Assembly: GCA_013239625.1 (NCBI GenBank)
Contig: MU053881.1
Coordinates: 558,001-622,000 of the forward strand
Length of the DNA stretch: 64,000 nucleotides
Reading direction: 5' to 3'
DNA from: Lama guanicoe
Lineage: Eukaryota
Positions 35,219 to 57,880 of this stretch are shown here, in pieces. Position 1 is the stretch's first letter. Every line of letters begins with the position of its first letter. The notes under the pieces were generated by a model, which was not told the origin of the DNA, did no database searches, and worked only from the letters and a program-made list of their open reading frames with translations. The translations under genes were made by a program, and so were the position numbers.

Positions 35219-35891
35219 TAGATTGTTTACAAATAGGATAACAGGATGGCTACAAAGTGATTTTCTTACTTTAAAAGCAGTTGACACATTGGAAAAACAA
35301 GAGAAAGCTAGTGGTTACGAAACAGGCAGTACTCAGTGAACACCAACGTCAGCTCCCCTCAGCCCTTCCTCCCAGACACGCAGCCGAAGGCCCGGGCTGG
35401 CCCGCCCTCGGGTACTCACTGCAGGCGGCCTCCGCCCCCACAGAACATGGGCTATACTCTTGCTAAATTCAGAGCGTATCAGGTTTCTAGCAGAGCATCA
35501 ATTACATGTCAGTGTACTGTCAGTCCCTGGAAAAAAAGACAAAGCAGAAGGCCCCTAGGCAAGGTGCGCTTGGGACTGCTGGTGTCATCCTGGCCGGGGG
35601 GCGCAGGAGTACGATGCAGCGTGGCCCCCACATCCTCCCCGGGCTGTGAGGAGCCAGGGTGCCCACGGGAAGCTGGTAAACGCTTCTCAGACATCAGCAC
35701 GCACACACGCTTGGAATTCCCTCCTTGTGTTACTTGCTCTACTGCCCGAAATGGCTTCATGCGTCCCCACCCCCCAGATGCTGGAAGAAGAATGCAGAGA
35801 AACTCACCCTTACAGAGGCACTGGGGTTCTACACTAGCTCAACACAACTATGAGACAAGAAAGGGGACACAGAACAGGTGAGCACAAATTG

Positions 35892-46720
<10,829 letters not shown>

Positions 46721-47672
46721 AAAATTGGCTCCCAAGGTGCTGTCCTGATCTTGCCACTCATGTTGGCCCCCATCCGTTCAAAGAGATGAGCTTCTCAGGT
46801 GGCAGCCCACTACATCGCCCCCAGCATCCTCCATGACGGCCCTTACTGGGTTGAGGGACAGAGCCTCTAAATCAAGCCTGAGCGCCAGAGGAGCTCCCAG
46901 TTTAATAGGGGGTTGGGTTGAGAGGTGCCAGAAGAGCACAGAATCTTCCCCATCCCCACCCAGCCGGAGGTCCTGCTAAGGCTTCCTGGAGCTTCAGTGG
47001 CCACAAAGTGGTCACTGCAGCCCAAGAGAGTCCCCATGGGCGCCTGGACACCCACTTGTCAGCTCAGGATTCAGCTCAGCAGGTGGTGCCCAAGGGCCTG
47101 AGGGTCTCAGGTCTGTTGGCCTCATGAGCAGTGCAGGGGTCAGACCAACAGCCCCCAAGCTAGGAACCAAGAAAAACTGCTTTGTGACAAAAGTGATATA
47201 TTTAAATGGCCTGGGGGAAGGGGGTTTTTAGGGGGTGGTGTCTTAGAAGAAGGTAGGCTAGAAGAGTATGTCGCCCTATGAATCCTCCCAGGTAGAATTC
47301 TGTGAGAAGAAAGTCAGACCTGCTGAGTCAAACTCGAGTTTTTCACGGTGGGGTTTGTGGGAGCAGGTAAAACTTCAAGGGGCAGTTGGATTTGGCTAGT
47401 CAGGTGCAAGGGTGACTTGCTTGTGGAATCACAGCAGGGACTTGTCCACAGGTGTGACTTGTCCTTCCCAGAGAGCTCCAGAGCAGGCAAGGCTTTGAAC
47501 CCCTGCCCAAAGCAGCCCCGTGGAGAGGGCAGGCCCCTCTCAGGCTTCTCCCCACTTCCCTGCTATGAGCCTGGGGAAGTGGCCCTCTCTGCCCACTGCC
47601 CTACAGACAGGGTCGGGGTCAAAGAGGGGCCAGTGCTGGGCAGAGGCTGCAGCAGCCCACAGGTGCCCCTGC

Positions 47673-47683
47673 GTGACTCAGCA
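47673..47683. promoter_or_regulatory. Antioxidant response element (NRF2/sMAF) upstream of SQSTM1
   Basis: GTGACTCAGCA is a full ARE consensus, ~1.44 kb upstream of the ATG. SQSTM1 is an established NRF2 target. Confidence 0.75.
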
Positions 47684-50249
47684 GCCTGGGAGCCACTAAG
47701 CCCAGGGCAGGCTAGGCCAAGAGCCCGGCTTTCTGCCCCCGGGACTGTGGTGCTTCATCATCTCCATCTGAGAGCATGGGGTGCACAAGGAAAGCCCTGT
47801 GGTTCTGGGGAAACGAGTTTCAAGAAGGATTCCAGGCACAGCCTGTGTCTAAACAAGCAACTGAGGCAGAGGCTGCCACCAGGAACACTTTTGCTTTTTT
47901 GCCTTTTGGCTCCATTTGGAACTGTGGTGGGTTTAGAGGGAGGAATGAAAAGCTCAGGGAGAAAGGGGGTGACAGGAAATGGGGCTCTGGGAAACAGGGA
48001 GACCCCTGCTCTGGGGAGCCCGGGTTCTGGCCTTCCCAGCATGCCCCACTGCTGAGCCCTGCCCTCCCGCCAGGCCTGCTAGAAGTAAACAAGGCGGCAG
48101 CCGGGGAACCCCCTGGCAGGGCCCTCTCTGCCTTACAGTCAGGTGGTGTGGCCAGCAGTGAGTCAGCGTCCCATGACCAGCGTCATAACAAGGGGATCCC
48201 CGGCCCCCTTGCTGCCACCAATGACATCTTATCAAGCAGCCAGGCAGCCAGGCTGGGGAGAATAGGTCTTGTCAGGACCCAGGAACCAAAAGAGCAAGTA
48301 GAGGCCAGAGTGGCAGGGAGCTGGCAACCAGACCCTGTCCCCATGATCCAAGGCCTCCTTATGACATTTGTTTTCCTTCCCTTCCTAGGGCTGCAGGGAG
48401 CTCCCCAATCTCCCTGGTGCCCACTGCCCATCTCCCCACTCTCCAGGGTAAAACATGCACACTCCACCAGCGGGAAAGCTTGGTGCCTGAGTCAGGAGAC
48501 CCACTATCCACCAGCACTGCCACCACTGGGGAAATGACCAGCCTCTCGGTTTCCTCATCTTTGAAATGGGACTGGAGTGGGACAACCTGAGTCACCCTCC
48601 CCAGGTGATGGCCCTTAGGTGTGTTATTTGTTGTTTGGCTGCTTTGGGGGGGTGTCAGCTGGGAGCGGGGTGTCAGGGAGGAGGCTGCATCCAGGGTTGA
48701 GATGAGAGTTGGGAGCACAGAACAGACCTTGAGTCAAGAGGTTCTGGGAGATGAGACAAGCAGGGGTGGCCAGAAGGTCTTCTGATTTTATTGCTGTCTC
48801 GTGTGTTGTAACCGCTCCCTCATTTATCCCTTCCTCTCTTCCAAAATTATCCTTGACAATGGTTTCCTGAAGTTCCCTTTAGTTTATTTTCTTTGGGGTG
48901 TGGAGCCAGGCTTGGAGGTTAGGTGGTGGGCCAGACAGAGACAAGGCCACTGCAAGACTCAGGCTGAGCTGCTCTGGGCCACTGTTCAGACTGAGGATCA
49001 GAGGGGATCAAGCTTCTCCCCCACCCCAACACTGGGCCTAAAGGATGAGTCCGTCTCGCCATGGGGGAATAGAGTCATGGGTAGGGTGCCTCCAGGCCAC
49101 ACTGCCCTGGGACCTGTCTGCCATTCTCTTCCCTTACACAGGAGGGACACACCCCTGGCTTGGGTTCCTAACCATGCCAAACCAATCTACCTGGTGACTT
49201 TTTCCCGGCTCCTTCCCCTGCCTAGAACGCCTCACCTCCGGTGGCAGCCTCCCACCCTAAATGTCACCTTCTCAGTGGGGCCTCCCCTGACCACTCCCTT
49301 GGGAAAATACCCAGGCACTGGATATCACCTCGTTTTAGCCCTTCCTGCAAAAGCCCACAGCCCAGGCAAGAGGGGGCCGTGGGGGCTGCAGGCCGGCTAA
49401 TGAAAGGAAAGGAACTGAAGTCAGTGTCATCCAGGAAATGAAATAAAGCCCCTGAGGAGGCATGGTTGGAGAGTTAGGTAATGCCAGATTGTGGGTCTCG
49501 GGGGCCTGGGGCCCTCCTACACGGCTGCTGGCGGGAGGAAGCAGCCCTTCTTGCTGGGCTGCGCTCACTAGATCCGGGGGCAGGCATAAAATCTGGTCGT
49601 ACCGGGGGACCTTGAGCTGGACGTGGCCGCGCCGTTCCCAAGGGCCGTGGAGCTGGCTCTCGGAAAGGGAGGAGGAGTGAGGCCTAATGCGGGGCCATGT
49701 CTGTAAATACGTATCTGAAAGCCTGGCGCCCAAGATTAGCGGAAGGACTAAGCCCGACGGGCGGCACCATGGACCTCTGTGGCTGACACTCCAGCCCTGC
49801 ATGCCTGGCCCAGAAGGAACGTGCGGCCCAGGGTGGAAGAACCCAGGCTGGGTCTTGGGTGGGTAGGGAGACGCCCCTAGAAGGGGGCCGCGGACCGCCT
49901 GGGGAGCGGCATCAGCCAGCCAGCCCCTTCCCCTCCAGCGTGTGTCCTTGGGCTCCCCGAGTGGCACCGGGCGGGGTCCTTGCCTGACTGAGAAACCGGC
50001 AGGGACTTGCGGTTTCCCCGCAGCGACAGGGAGCGCACACCTTGCTTTCTGCATCAGGTCCGCTGATCAGAAGTGGTCAGGCACGGCCTCAGGTCTCCTA
50101 AGTGGAGCCTACGCCTGCCTGGGGTGGGGGTGGGGATGTAGAGGGGCTCGGACAGGTGTCACGACTCGAATCCAATGGTCCTGCCCCTCGTCGGCCTCTC
50201 CAGTCCTCGGTGGAGACCGACCTAAGGGCGGACACGGCTGGGGCCTCCA

Positions 50250-51370
50250 AAGCAGAGACCCAGTTTAACTACGGAAGGTACTGGAAAGAGCAAAGGAGGA
50301 GCCATGAGGTGTGGGGGAGGGGGGCTGTGAGGAAACCGCGCGGAGACCCCTGACGGGTCCAGGCATTCCCAGGCCAGAGACCCGCGGAGGCGCCTGGGCC
50401 TGCGGGGGCGGGGGCGGGGGGGGAGGTCCAGGGGCTCCACCGGTGGGCAGTCTCCGGGGAGCGCCAATCCCAGGCCGATCAGTGAGAGGGTGCCGGGGTT
50501 GGGGCGCGCTTTCTGGAGCGAGTCGGGAGTTTGGGTCACGTGGAACGGACGGCCTCTGCGGGTCAGGCTCAGGATCCCGGCCCTCTCCTCCCCCTTCCCC
50601 CCGCCTCCCGTCGAAAACCTAGAAAAGTTATCTGGCGTCCTCCTCGAGTTCGGAAGTCCTGCTGCGCGCCGGGGCCGCCCCCCTTGGTGCGGGGCACTCA
50701 CGGCCCGCCCCGCACGCTCTGAGCACGCGCTGCTCTGCTGCGTCTCCGCCTCCGGGCCGGGCCGGGCCCCGCGCGCCCTCTGCTGCCGGCGCGGGCTCAG
50801 GTCACTCCCCTGGCTCCGCCTGGGCTCCCGCGCCTGGCACCTGGGGGAGCTCAGGTAGCGTTTGCGGGGTGCGTGGGGGCCGTGCGAGTGTTGGACGTAG
50901 AATGTGCCCCTCATCGTGCGACCCTGACGTTCTGGAGCAGGTTTCTGCGCGCGATCTTCCTTGGATAAGCGCTCCTCGCTGTAAAGCCGCGTCCCGTGCG
51001 CCCCCCCCCCGGGTCCCTGACCGCGGCGCCGCACAGGAAGGCGGGCTCTGCGGGGGCTGCGGTGCCGGATGCGGGCTTCGCGCAAGTGACCGGGATACGG
51101 GGAGGGCCTGCCGGGGCCCTGGCGGCTGAGCCGGGAGTTAGTCTGGCAGGCCCTGAGTTGAGGAGAGGACCGGAGGGCCCACAGAGCCTGAGCTTCCCGC
51201 AGGCCATGCCGGATTTGGCAGGATGGTAGCCACTATGACCTGATTAAAAACATGTCTGGTGGGGAGAAGGCGGCAGAGCCTGGGTCACAGCTGCTGAGAA
51301 GGGCACAGCCCCCGCCCCCGCGCTGTAGGGACCCACACTTCCGCTCTCAGACTGCGATCCCGAGGAGCTG
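50250..51370. promoter_or_regulatory. CpG island between SQSTM1 and MGAT4B
   Basis: CpG-dense, G-run/GC-box cluster at 50404-50423, GTCACGTG at 50535-50542; no recognisable CDS. Confidence 0.65.
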
Positions 51371-51663
51371 GTGTTCCCTTAGACAAGAGTTCTGGAGACA
51401 GAAGAGGGCTAAAGCCCCCCGCACCCCAGATTTTATATGCATTCCCCAGTCCCCTTTTTATCGACCTGAGTTCTCGGACTCTTTAATGAATTTCTATTGA
51501 TAAGAGGCCAGTTGAGAAATCCCAGGCAAAGCTGTATTGGACAGCAGCAAAAGGGGCCTGAAAACAAGTAACAAGCTTCCTTGCTCCCTCACTGGGGGTC
51601 GGAGCAGGGGCCGTTGGTCCCTTAAATGCGGTGAGGGTAGGGCTGGATCAGGGGTGGGCGGGA

Positions 51664-52083
51664 GGGGTTGGAGCCCTTGGTGGTGCTGTGTGCAGGGGTC
51701 GTGTGTGAGACTCTTGCTTTTGCACCCGGCACCTCAGAAGTGGCAGCTGGGTTTTGGCCCTGCTGTACCTTACTGTTCATAGTTTGCCCTAACTGTACAC
51801 ACGTGCAGTTATTTTTAGTTTCTTATAGTGTCTTTGTATGCAGTTGCTCCAGGAGGCGTTGCCAGGTGATGGGGGGGTGGGGTTGGAGCCCTTGGTGGTG
51901 CTGTGTGCAGGGGTCGTGTGTGAGACTCTTGCTTTTGCACCCGGCACCTCAGAAGTGGCAGCTGGGTTTTGGCCCTGCTGTACCTTACTGTTCATAGTTT
52001 GCCCTAACTGTACACACGTGCAGTTATTTTTAGTTTCTTATAGTGTCTTTGTATGCAGTTGCTCCAGGAGGCGTTGCCAGGTG
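51664..52083. repeat. Two-copy tandem duplication, 215-bp period
   Basis: 51664-51868 and 51879-52083 (205 bp each) appear identical by eye, separated by atgggggggt. Confidence 0.95.
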
Positions 52084-53049
52084 CAAGTACTTCAGTAAAG
52101 GGTCCCAGGTCGCAGCCTATCTCACCCTCACCCTGCTCAATTTACATCCCTCTTTGGCAGGCACTTTCCTCTGGGGAGTCATTTCCCTTCTACCCTGATG
52201 GGGAGGGTGGGGTGTGCACGTGACCTCAAGCTTGGCCAAACAGAGCACTCGTAGCCCTCTGGATCAGGGTCATATCCTGGAGTACTGACTCACCGCCTCC
52301 CCACCCCATGCCTGCCACAGGGTTCCCAATGGCAGTGAGGGTCACCGCAGTGTAAACCAGAAATGTGGGGGTCAGATGTGGCCAGGCTGAGCCCTCAAAT
52401 CCCCAGCAGTTCCTGTTGATTGCGCTTCCCAATAATAAAAGTAATGACACTCTCACAGTGCTGCTCTTATGCCGGGAAGCATTCTGAATATTTTATATCG
52501 AGGTGAGACCATGTGATCAGCTCTGGCCAAGGACCTGAGACAGAAGAGCCGCGAATCACTCAGAGGCCAGGGCATTTATTTATCTGCCAATGCCAGAGCT
52601 TCTAAAGCTCTGTTCCCCTTTGCCAGGGAAGCCTGCAGTGTTCAGGTGGTTATTCCTGGAAAACCTGGACAGGAACTACCACGAGCTGAACCCCCCAGGC
52701 TTTGAGAAATACACCTTTATTAAATCATAGACCTTTGGGATTATTATAGCAGCATAATCAAGCCTATCCGGATTATTATCCCCATTTGACACCCTGAGGA
52801 AATGGGCACAGAAGGGATAAAGTAACTTGCCCAAGGTCACACGGCTTGTGCCACACCCTACTGGAGCCAGGATTATGAAGCCAGGCAGGCTGGCTCTCCA
52901 CACCCAAGAGCTTGTCTCAAGAGCATGTCTGTTCACACTCTTGACCTCAGTGATGTATAGTCTCCCAAGGCTGTCCTGAACCCATTTGCTTTTCATCTCT
53001 AACCCCTGTCCCCCATTCCAGACCTTGTCTCTCTCCTAGCTGCCTATAT

Positions 53050-53495
53050 CAGGGCAGAAAACCTTTTCCTCTACCCTCTTAGACTCAGTGCTTAGGGCCT
53101 GTGAATTAAACAAACAAGATAGATTAGCAAGAAAATATTTTTATTTACGTACTAGGCAGTTAGAATTTGGGGCTAAATTTACCAATTTAATGAGGGCAGC
53201 AGAGAAGGAAAAGAAGGAGAAACGTGTTTACATGGAAAAAATATGACTTTTAGGAAAGATAAATGGGTCCTTAGGAGAATGATAAGGAGTTCTGTGACAA
53301 CGTCTGTTTGGGTTATCATGTGAAAAGAGTCAATCTTTCCTTAGTTGCTCCCAGGGAGGGGATTTAGGACAATCTGGAATTCTTTGGGGAGGCTGTGCTT
53401 TTAGGCAGATAAGGGGGAAAAACAGCTTATTCTCAAACGCCTTCAGCTCAGAATAATCTTTATGTTACAGTGGCATATTCTGGACTCCTTCCCCT
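53050..53495. mobile_element. Probable old LTR fragment
   Basis: Resembles ERV LTR text (ccttcagctcagaataatctttatg...gtggcatattctgg); family not determined. Confidence 0.4.
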
Positions 53496-56400
53496 ACAAC
53501 AGCCCCTGGCTGGTCTTCCTGCTTCCTCTCTCCCTCTCTCTAGTTCCTTCTCCATCCCTGCCAAAGCGATCACTTCAAAATGCAAATAGGACTGTGTCAA
53601 TCCCATCACAGCTCCCACACCTCTCCCTGCTTTGGACCTATCCCATAGCCCCAGGGGGGAAAACCCAAATCTCTGACAAGATGTCCTGGTGCTCTGGCCT
53701 GCCGCTGTCGTCCCAGGCCTCCTCTCTCACTGAGCTCTGCCCAGGCTGGCACTGACTGCATGTTCTGATCAATCCTTTACTGAGGCAACTCCTCCTCTCC
53801 CTGGGTCATGCAGCTAACCTCACGTTCCCAAGGAGGCCCTCTCTTCTCATCGTGGTAATTCCCCACATTAGAAGCTTTCTGAGCCCCAGGGACCTTTCCT
53901 TCCCAGTGCTGGGCACGGTGGCTGCGGACGGGACTCTGGGAGGACAGGGACCAGGTCGATGTCAGTACACAGTGTATCTATGTCACCAGCAACTCAAGGG
54001 CACAGGGTGGACGCTCAGGACATTTGTTATGAATGAATAAGGAAAAGAGGTGTCTAAGGAAAGGACCAGTGGAGGGGTGAGGTGAGTCTTTAGGGCACGA
54101 CTACCAAGCTCTCACTGTACCAGAGACACTCTTAAGCATCTGGAGAAAACGAAAGACCCCTGCTTGGAACCATGTTTTGCAATGCAGAAAATAAAGGATA
54201 TCGCACTACAAAAAGACTACTAATGTTGAAGTGCAAATATCAAAATATAAAAACATACAAATTTGTGATATAGGAATACCTGTGATTCTATATTAACCCA
54301 TTAAATTGTAGGATAGAGAGGAAGGACTACTCAGTACCAGAATCACGAAGCAGCAGTGAGTGCCTAACTGCTGTGTTGAAGGGTCTGCAACACCTGCAGT
54401 GAGTACGAAAGCCCCTGCGATTTCTGTGTGACAGTCCTAAGCTCTGCTAATTCTGCTGGACTTTGCTGCCCGCATTCATAATTGAAGGAAATTCCAAGTT
54501 TCAGTTAGAGGTTAGTGAAAATGAATGCTTTTTTTTTTCTGTCTCAGCTCTTGGGCCTCCTCAATTCTGGATCCCTGGACCACAGGTTAAGAAGCTCCCA
54601 GAAGAAGGATGGAAGGACCTGCCACAGCTGAAGGCTGTCCCAGAGAATCTCCAGGAAGGCAGAAAAAAAGCTGAGGGCTAGCATGCAATCCCAATACAAA
54701 AGCACGTTTTCACTCGGTGGGAAGCAAGGACCCAGGAGGAAGGGCTCGCAGCCTGGGGTCTGGAAAGAAAGCAGAACTTTCCTGTGCCCATTGGGCTCCA
54801 CCCTCCTTCCTAGGTGGGGGCCAGAGTCACTGTCCCCAGGTACAGGAAGCCGAACCCCTGGCAGGGAGACAGGCAGAGCTCACCCACCGGGAAGTGCCTT
54901 GAGGGAGTTTGGGTTGCAGGCAGGTCCTGAGGGATTTATAACTACAGGGGCACAGAGAGCAGTGGAAAACTGGCCCTGAGCCAGGCAACTGCCCGTTTCA
55001 AAGGGAAGAGTTGAGAGTCCAGAGGCTACAGTGAGGGTCAGGCTACAGGCTTGCCAGTGCTGGAACAGCAGGACCTAGGCGCCCCCACCCCCAGCAGTGG
55101 GCAGAATGAATGAATGCATGCATGAAGGAACTAATGAATCAAGAAACAGTGGGCCTTTCCTCGCTGTGATATCACTTCTGCAGGCCCGGGATGACATCAT
55201 TCCCTTAGGCTTCTGCTCTCTTTCCATGGCTGCCCCACCTCCAGTCCCCTTTCGGTGATAGCATCAACTTTCCTTTGGGATGTCCCTTCTCTTCCCCAGT
55301 GTACAATCCTGGCAGGACAGTCAGGCATGGCGCTGATCCATTCTCAGCCAGGTGGTGGGTGTGTGTCCCTGAGCGCATGTGTGGCTAAGAGGACCCCCTC
55401 CTGGAATTCTGAAGGGGCGCCGGGGAGGAGGTAGAGGGTAGGTAGCCTGGCTGGGGGCATCTAGAAAGATTACTGTCAATCTCGGCTGCCTGCATCCCTA
55501 CGGCTGCCCAACCCTAGCCATCAGTTTTGGTGTGTGGCCCCTACCAGCTTGCTTACCCTAGCCCCTCCCCCACTCTTCATCACTCCAGATCTCTTCCCAA
55601 AGTCAATCACCACCCTTTTCCACAACCCTAGCGCTGGACAGTCCCATTTCTAACAGAGGTCCTGCATTCACCAGATGTCAGAGCAGAATTCTGTTCCCTT
55701 CCTGGGTCTCCTGGTCCCTGCTCTTCCTCCCGAAAGGCAGAGTGTGGAGGGGGACGGGACACAGATGAACTTCCCAAAGTTTTAGTCATTGTCAGACCAT
55801 CTCCTTAATTTTTACCGGTTGAATAATTTTCCTTAAATCAACTCACTGTTAAGCTTAAATACACATTTAGAGAAAATTTTAAACCCTTTTTATCATAATC
55901 CAAATGAAAAACCATTATCCCTGCCACAAATAAAAGATGCCTGGGAAAACATTGGAACACAAAACAAGTTTACTCCAGAAAGCTCAGACAAGCCCAGTCT
56001 CAGTTAACAGAGTTCATTAGCAAGTAGAGCTCAGTACCACTGTGTCAGTGTTGGGAATCTGTTCTGCAGGAAAACTTGAAGCCAGTCATTTAATCAGGTC
56101 CAGGATAGAGCCGTGTCTCAGTCTCTGGCCCTGCCTCACCTGCTACTGGCATAAATACCTCTGCAGAGGGGAATGCCCAAGAACCTACCACACTCCCTGG
56201 CTTCCATCCTGCAGGCCTGGGCTGGAAGAGGAAGGCATAACCCACCGGCTCCCAGTCTGAACCCACTCACAAGAGGTCTCTCGCCAGGGTCCCTTCGGAG
56301 TCCCTGCAGCCAGTTCTGGGAACCAGGACTCTTAGGAATGGCGCCCAAGCAGGGACGTGGCCAGGGCACCCCCTAGTGCCTACCCAGAGACTTAGCTGGA

Positions 56401-56699
56401 GGAATCCCTTTCTTGTTTGTACCCGTCTTCGTTCCACAGAGGACTGGGAAAGCTTGCAGTTAGTACAGAATAAAGGTGTAAGCGCCCTGTGGTAAAGGGA
56501 GAGGAGACGCTGGACCGTTAGGGGCTCGGCCCCCATCACTTCGCGGTTCCACCTGCCTCCCGCCTACCAGCTCGTGGCACCGGGAGGCCAGCCCCGCTCT
56601 GGGCAGCTCATCGTGCCCAACACCCCCACACTTCGGCCCTCTGACTCCTGAAAGCAGCCAAGTGCCCTATTTGACGGAGCAGGGCGCCTTTATCCTGCA

Positions 56700-57880
56700 G
56701 ACTCGAGACAGCAGCCCCCGAGGGAGGGGGAGTGAAGTGCCCGTGGGCGTCGCGGCAGGCAGCGCCACTCCGGCATCCTCCAGCTGGAGGCACCGCCAGC
56801 TCCGGAGCGGCCACACCTCTCCCCCTCCCACTGCCTGGACCCCTCAGCCCTGGGGGAGGAGCCTGAGGGTCCCCGAGTTAACGCGCGCGAGTGGGGTCCG
56901 GATCCGGGCTGGACGAGTAATGGAAACGCTACTGACGAGGGGTTCGGAGGACCCGGCACGCCGCCTTCACCGCAGCGGACCCGCCCTCGCGAAGGCCCCA
57001 GCCCCGACCTCCCTGAGGCCGGAGCCCAGGGCGACCCGAAGGCCCGAGCGCGCGAGCCCACGCGCGGGCCGCTGTCCCGAGCAGGGCGGGCGGGTTCTGG
57101 GCGTTGGTCCCCCACCCCGCCCCCTCGCGGTGCTGGCGGCGGCAGCGGGTGATGCGGCCCCTTTAAGTCCCGGCCGCCCCGCCCTTCGCAGCCGACTCCG
57201 CGGCGGCCCCGGATCCAGGCCGGGCCGCGGCTCTCGCCGCCCAGCCTAGCCCAGCCCGGCCCGGCCCGGCCCAGCCGCCGAGTCGAGGCCGTCCGCTCCC
57301 CGCGCCCCGGCCCCCAGCCCGCCAGGCCCGCCCTCATTCACGCCCGGCCCCGGGCTCCCAACCCCTCCCCGCCCCGGGGCCGGGGCCCCTGCCGCCTCCC
57401 GGTCCCCGCGCCCCGGCCCCGGTCCCCCGGGCCATGCGGCCTCGGCCCCGCCGGCGCCCACCGCGCACCCGAGGAGATGAGGCTCCGCAATGGCACCTTC
57501 CTGACGCTGCTGCTCTTCTGCCTGTGCGCCTTCCTCTCGCTCTCCTGGTACGCGGCGCTCAGCGGCCAGAAAGGTGAGCCCCTCCCCCGGCCCGCACCTG
57601 GGCGCCGGCGGCCAGCGCGGGGTCGGGGCGACGGCCGCGGGAGGGGGCCGGAAGCCCGCGCGGGCGCCCCTTCCCCGCCCGGGCGGCGCGGGAGGACGCC
57701 CCTCCCACCCTTGCCCCCACTTGTTTGCTGCCGGAACGCCGGAATCCTCCGGCCTGGGCGGGGGGCTGGGTGGCCGGTGTCCCGTGCTGCGCTCGGACCG
57801 GCCGCCGTGAGTACAGTTGTGCCCGTGCTAGGGCGGGCCGCCCCCTCCGGCGAGCTGGGGACCTCAGAGTTCTCAGAGAG
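56700..57880 (+). promoter_or_regulatory. CpG-island promoter of MGAT4B
   Basis: Very CpG-dense region spanning the first coding exon, with many GC boxes. Confidence 0.85.

Noticed and set aside
50222..51085. 287-aa Arg/Pro/Gly-rich ORF and similar ORFs in CpG islands
   Set aside because: Expected stop-codon depletion in very GC-rich DNA; overlapping frames are open and there is no recognisable domain.
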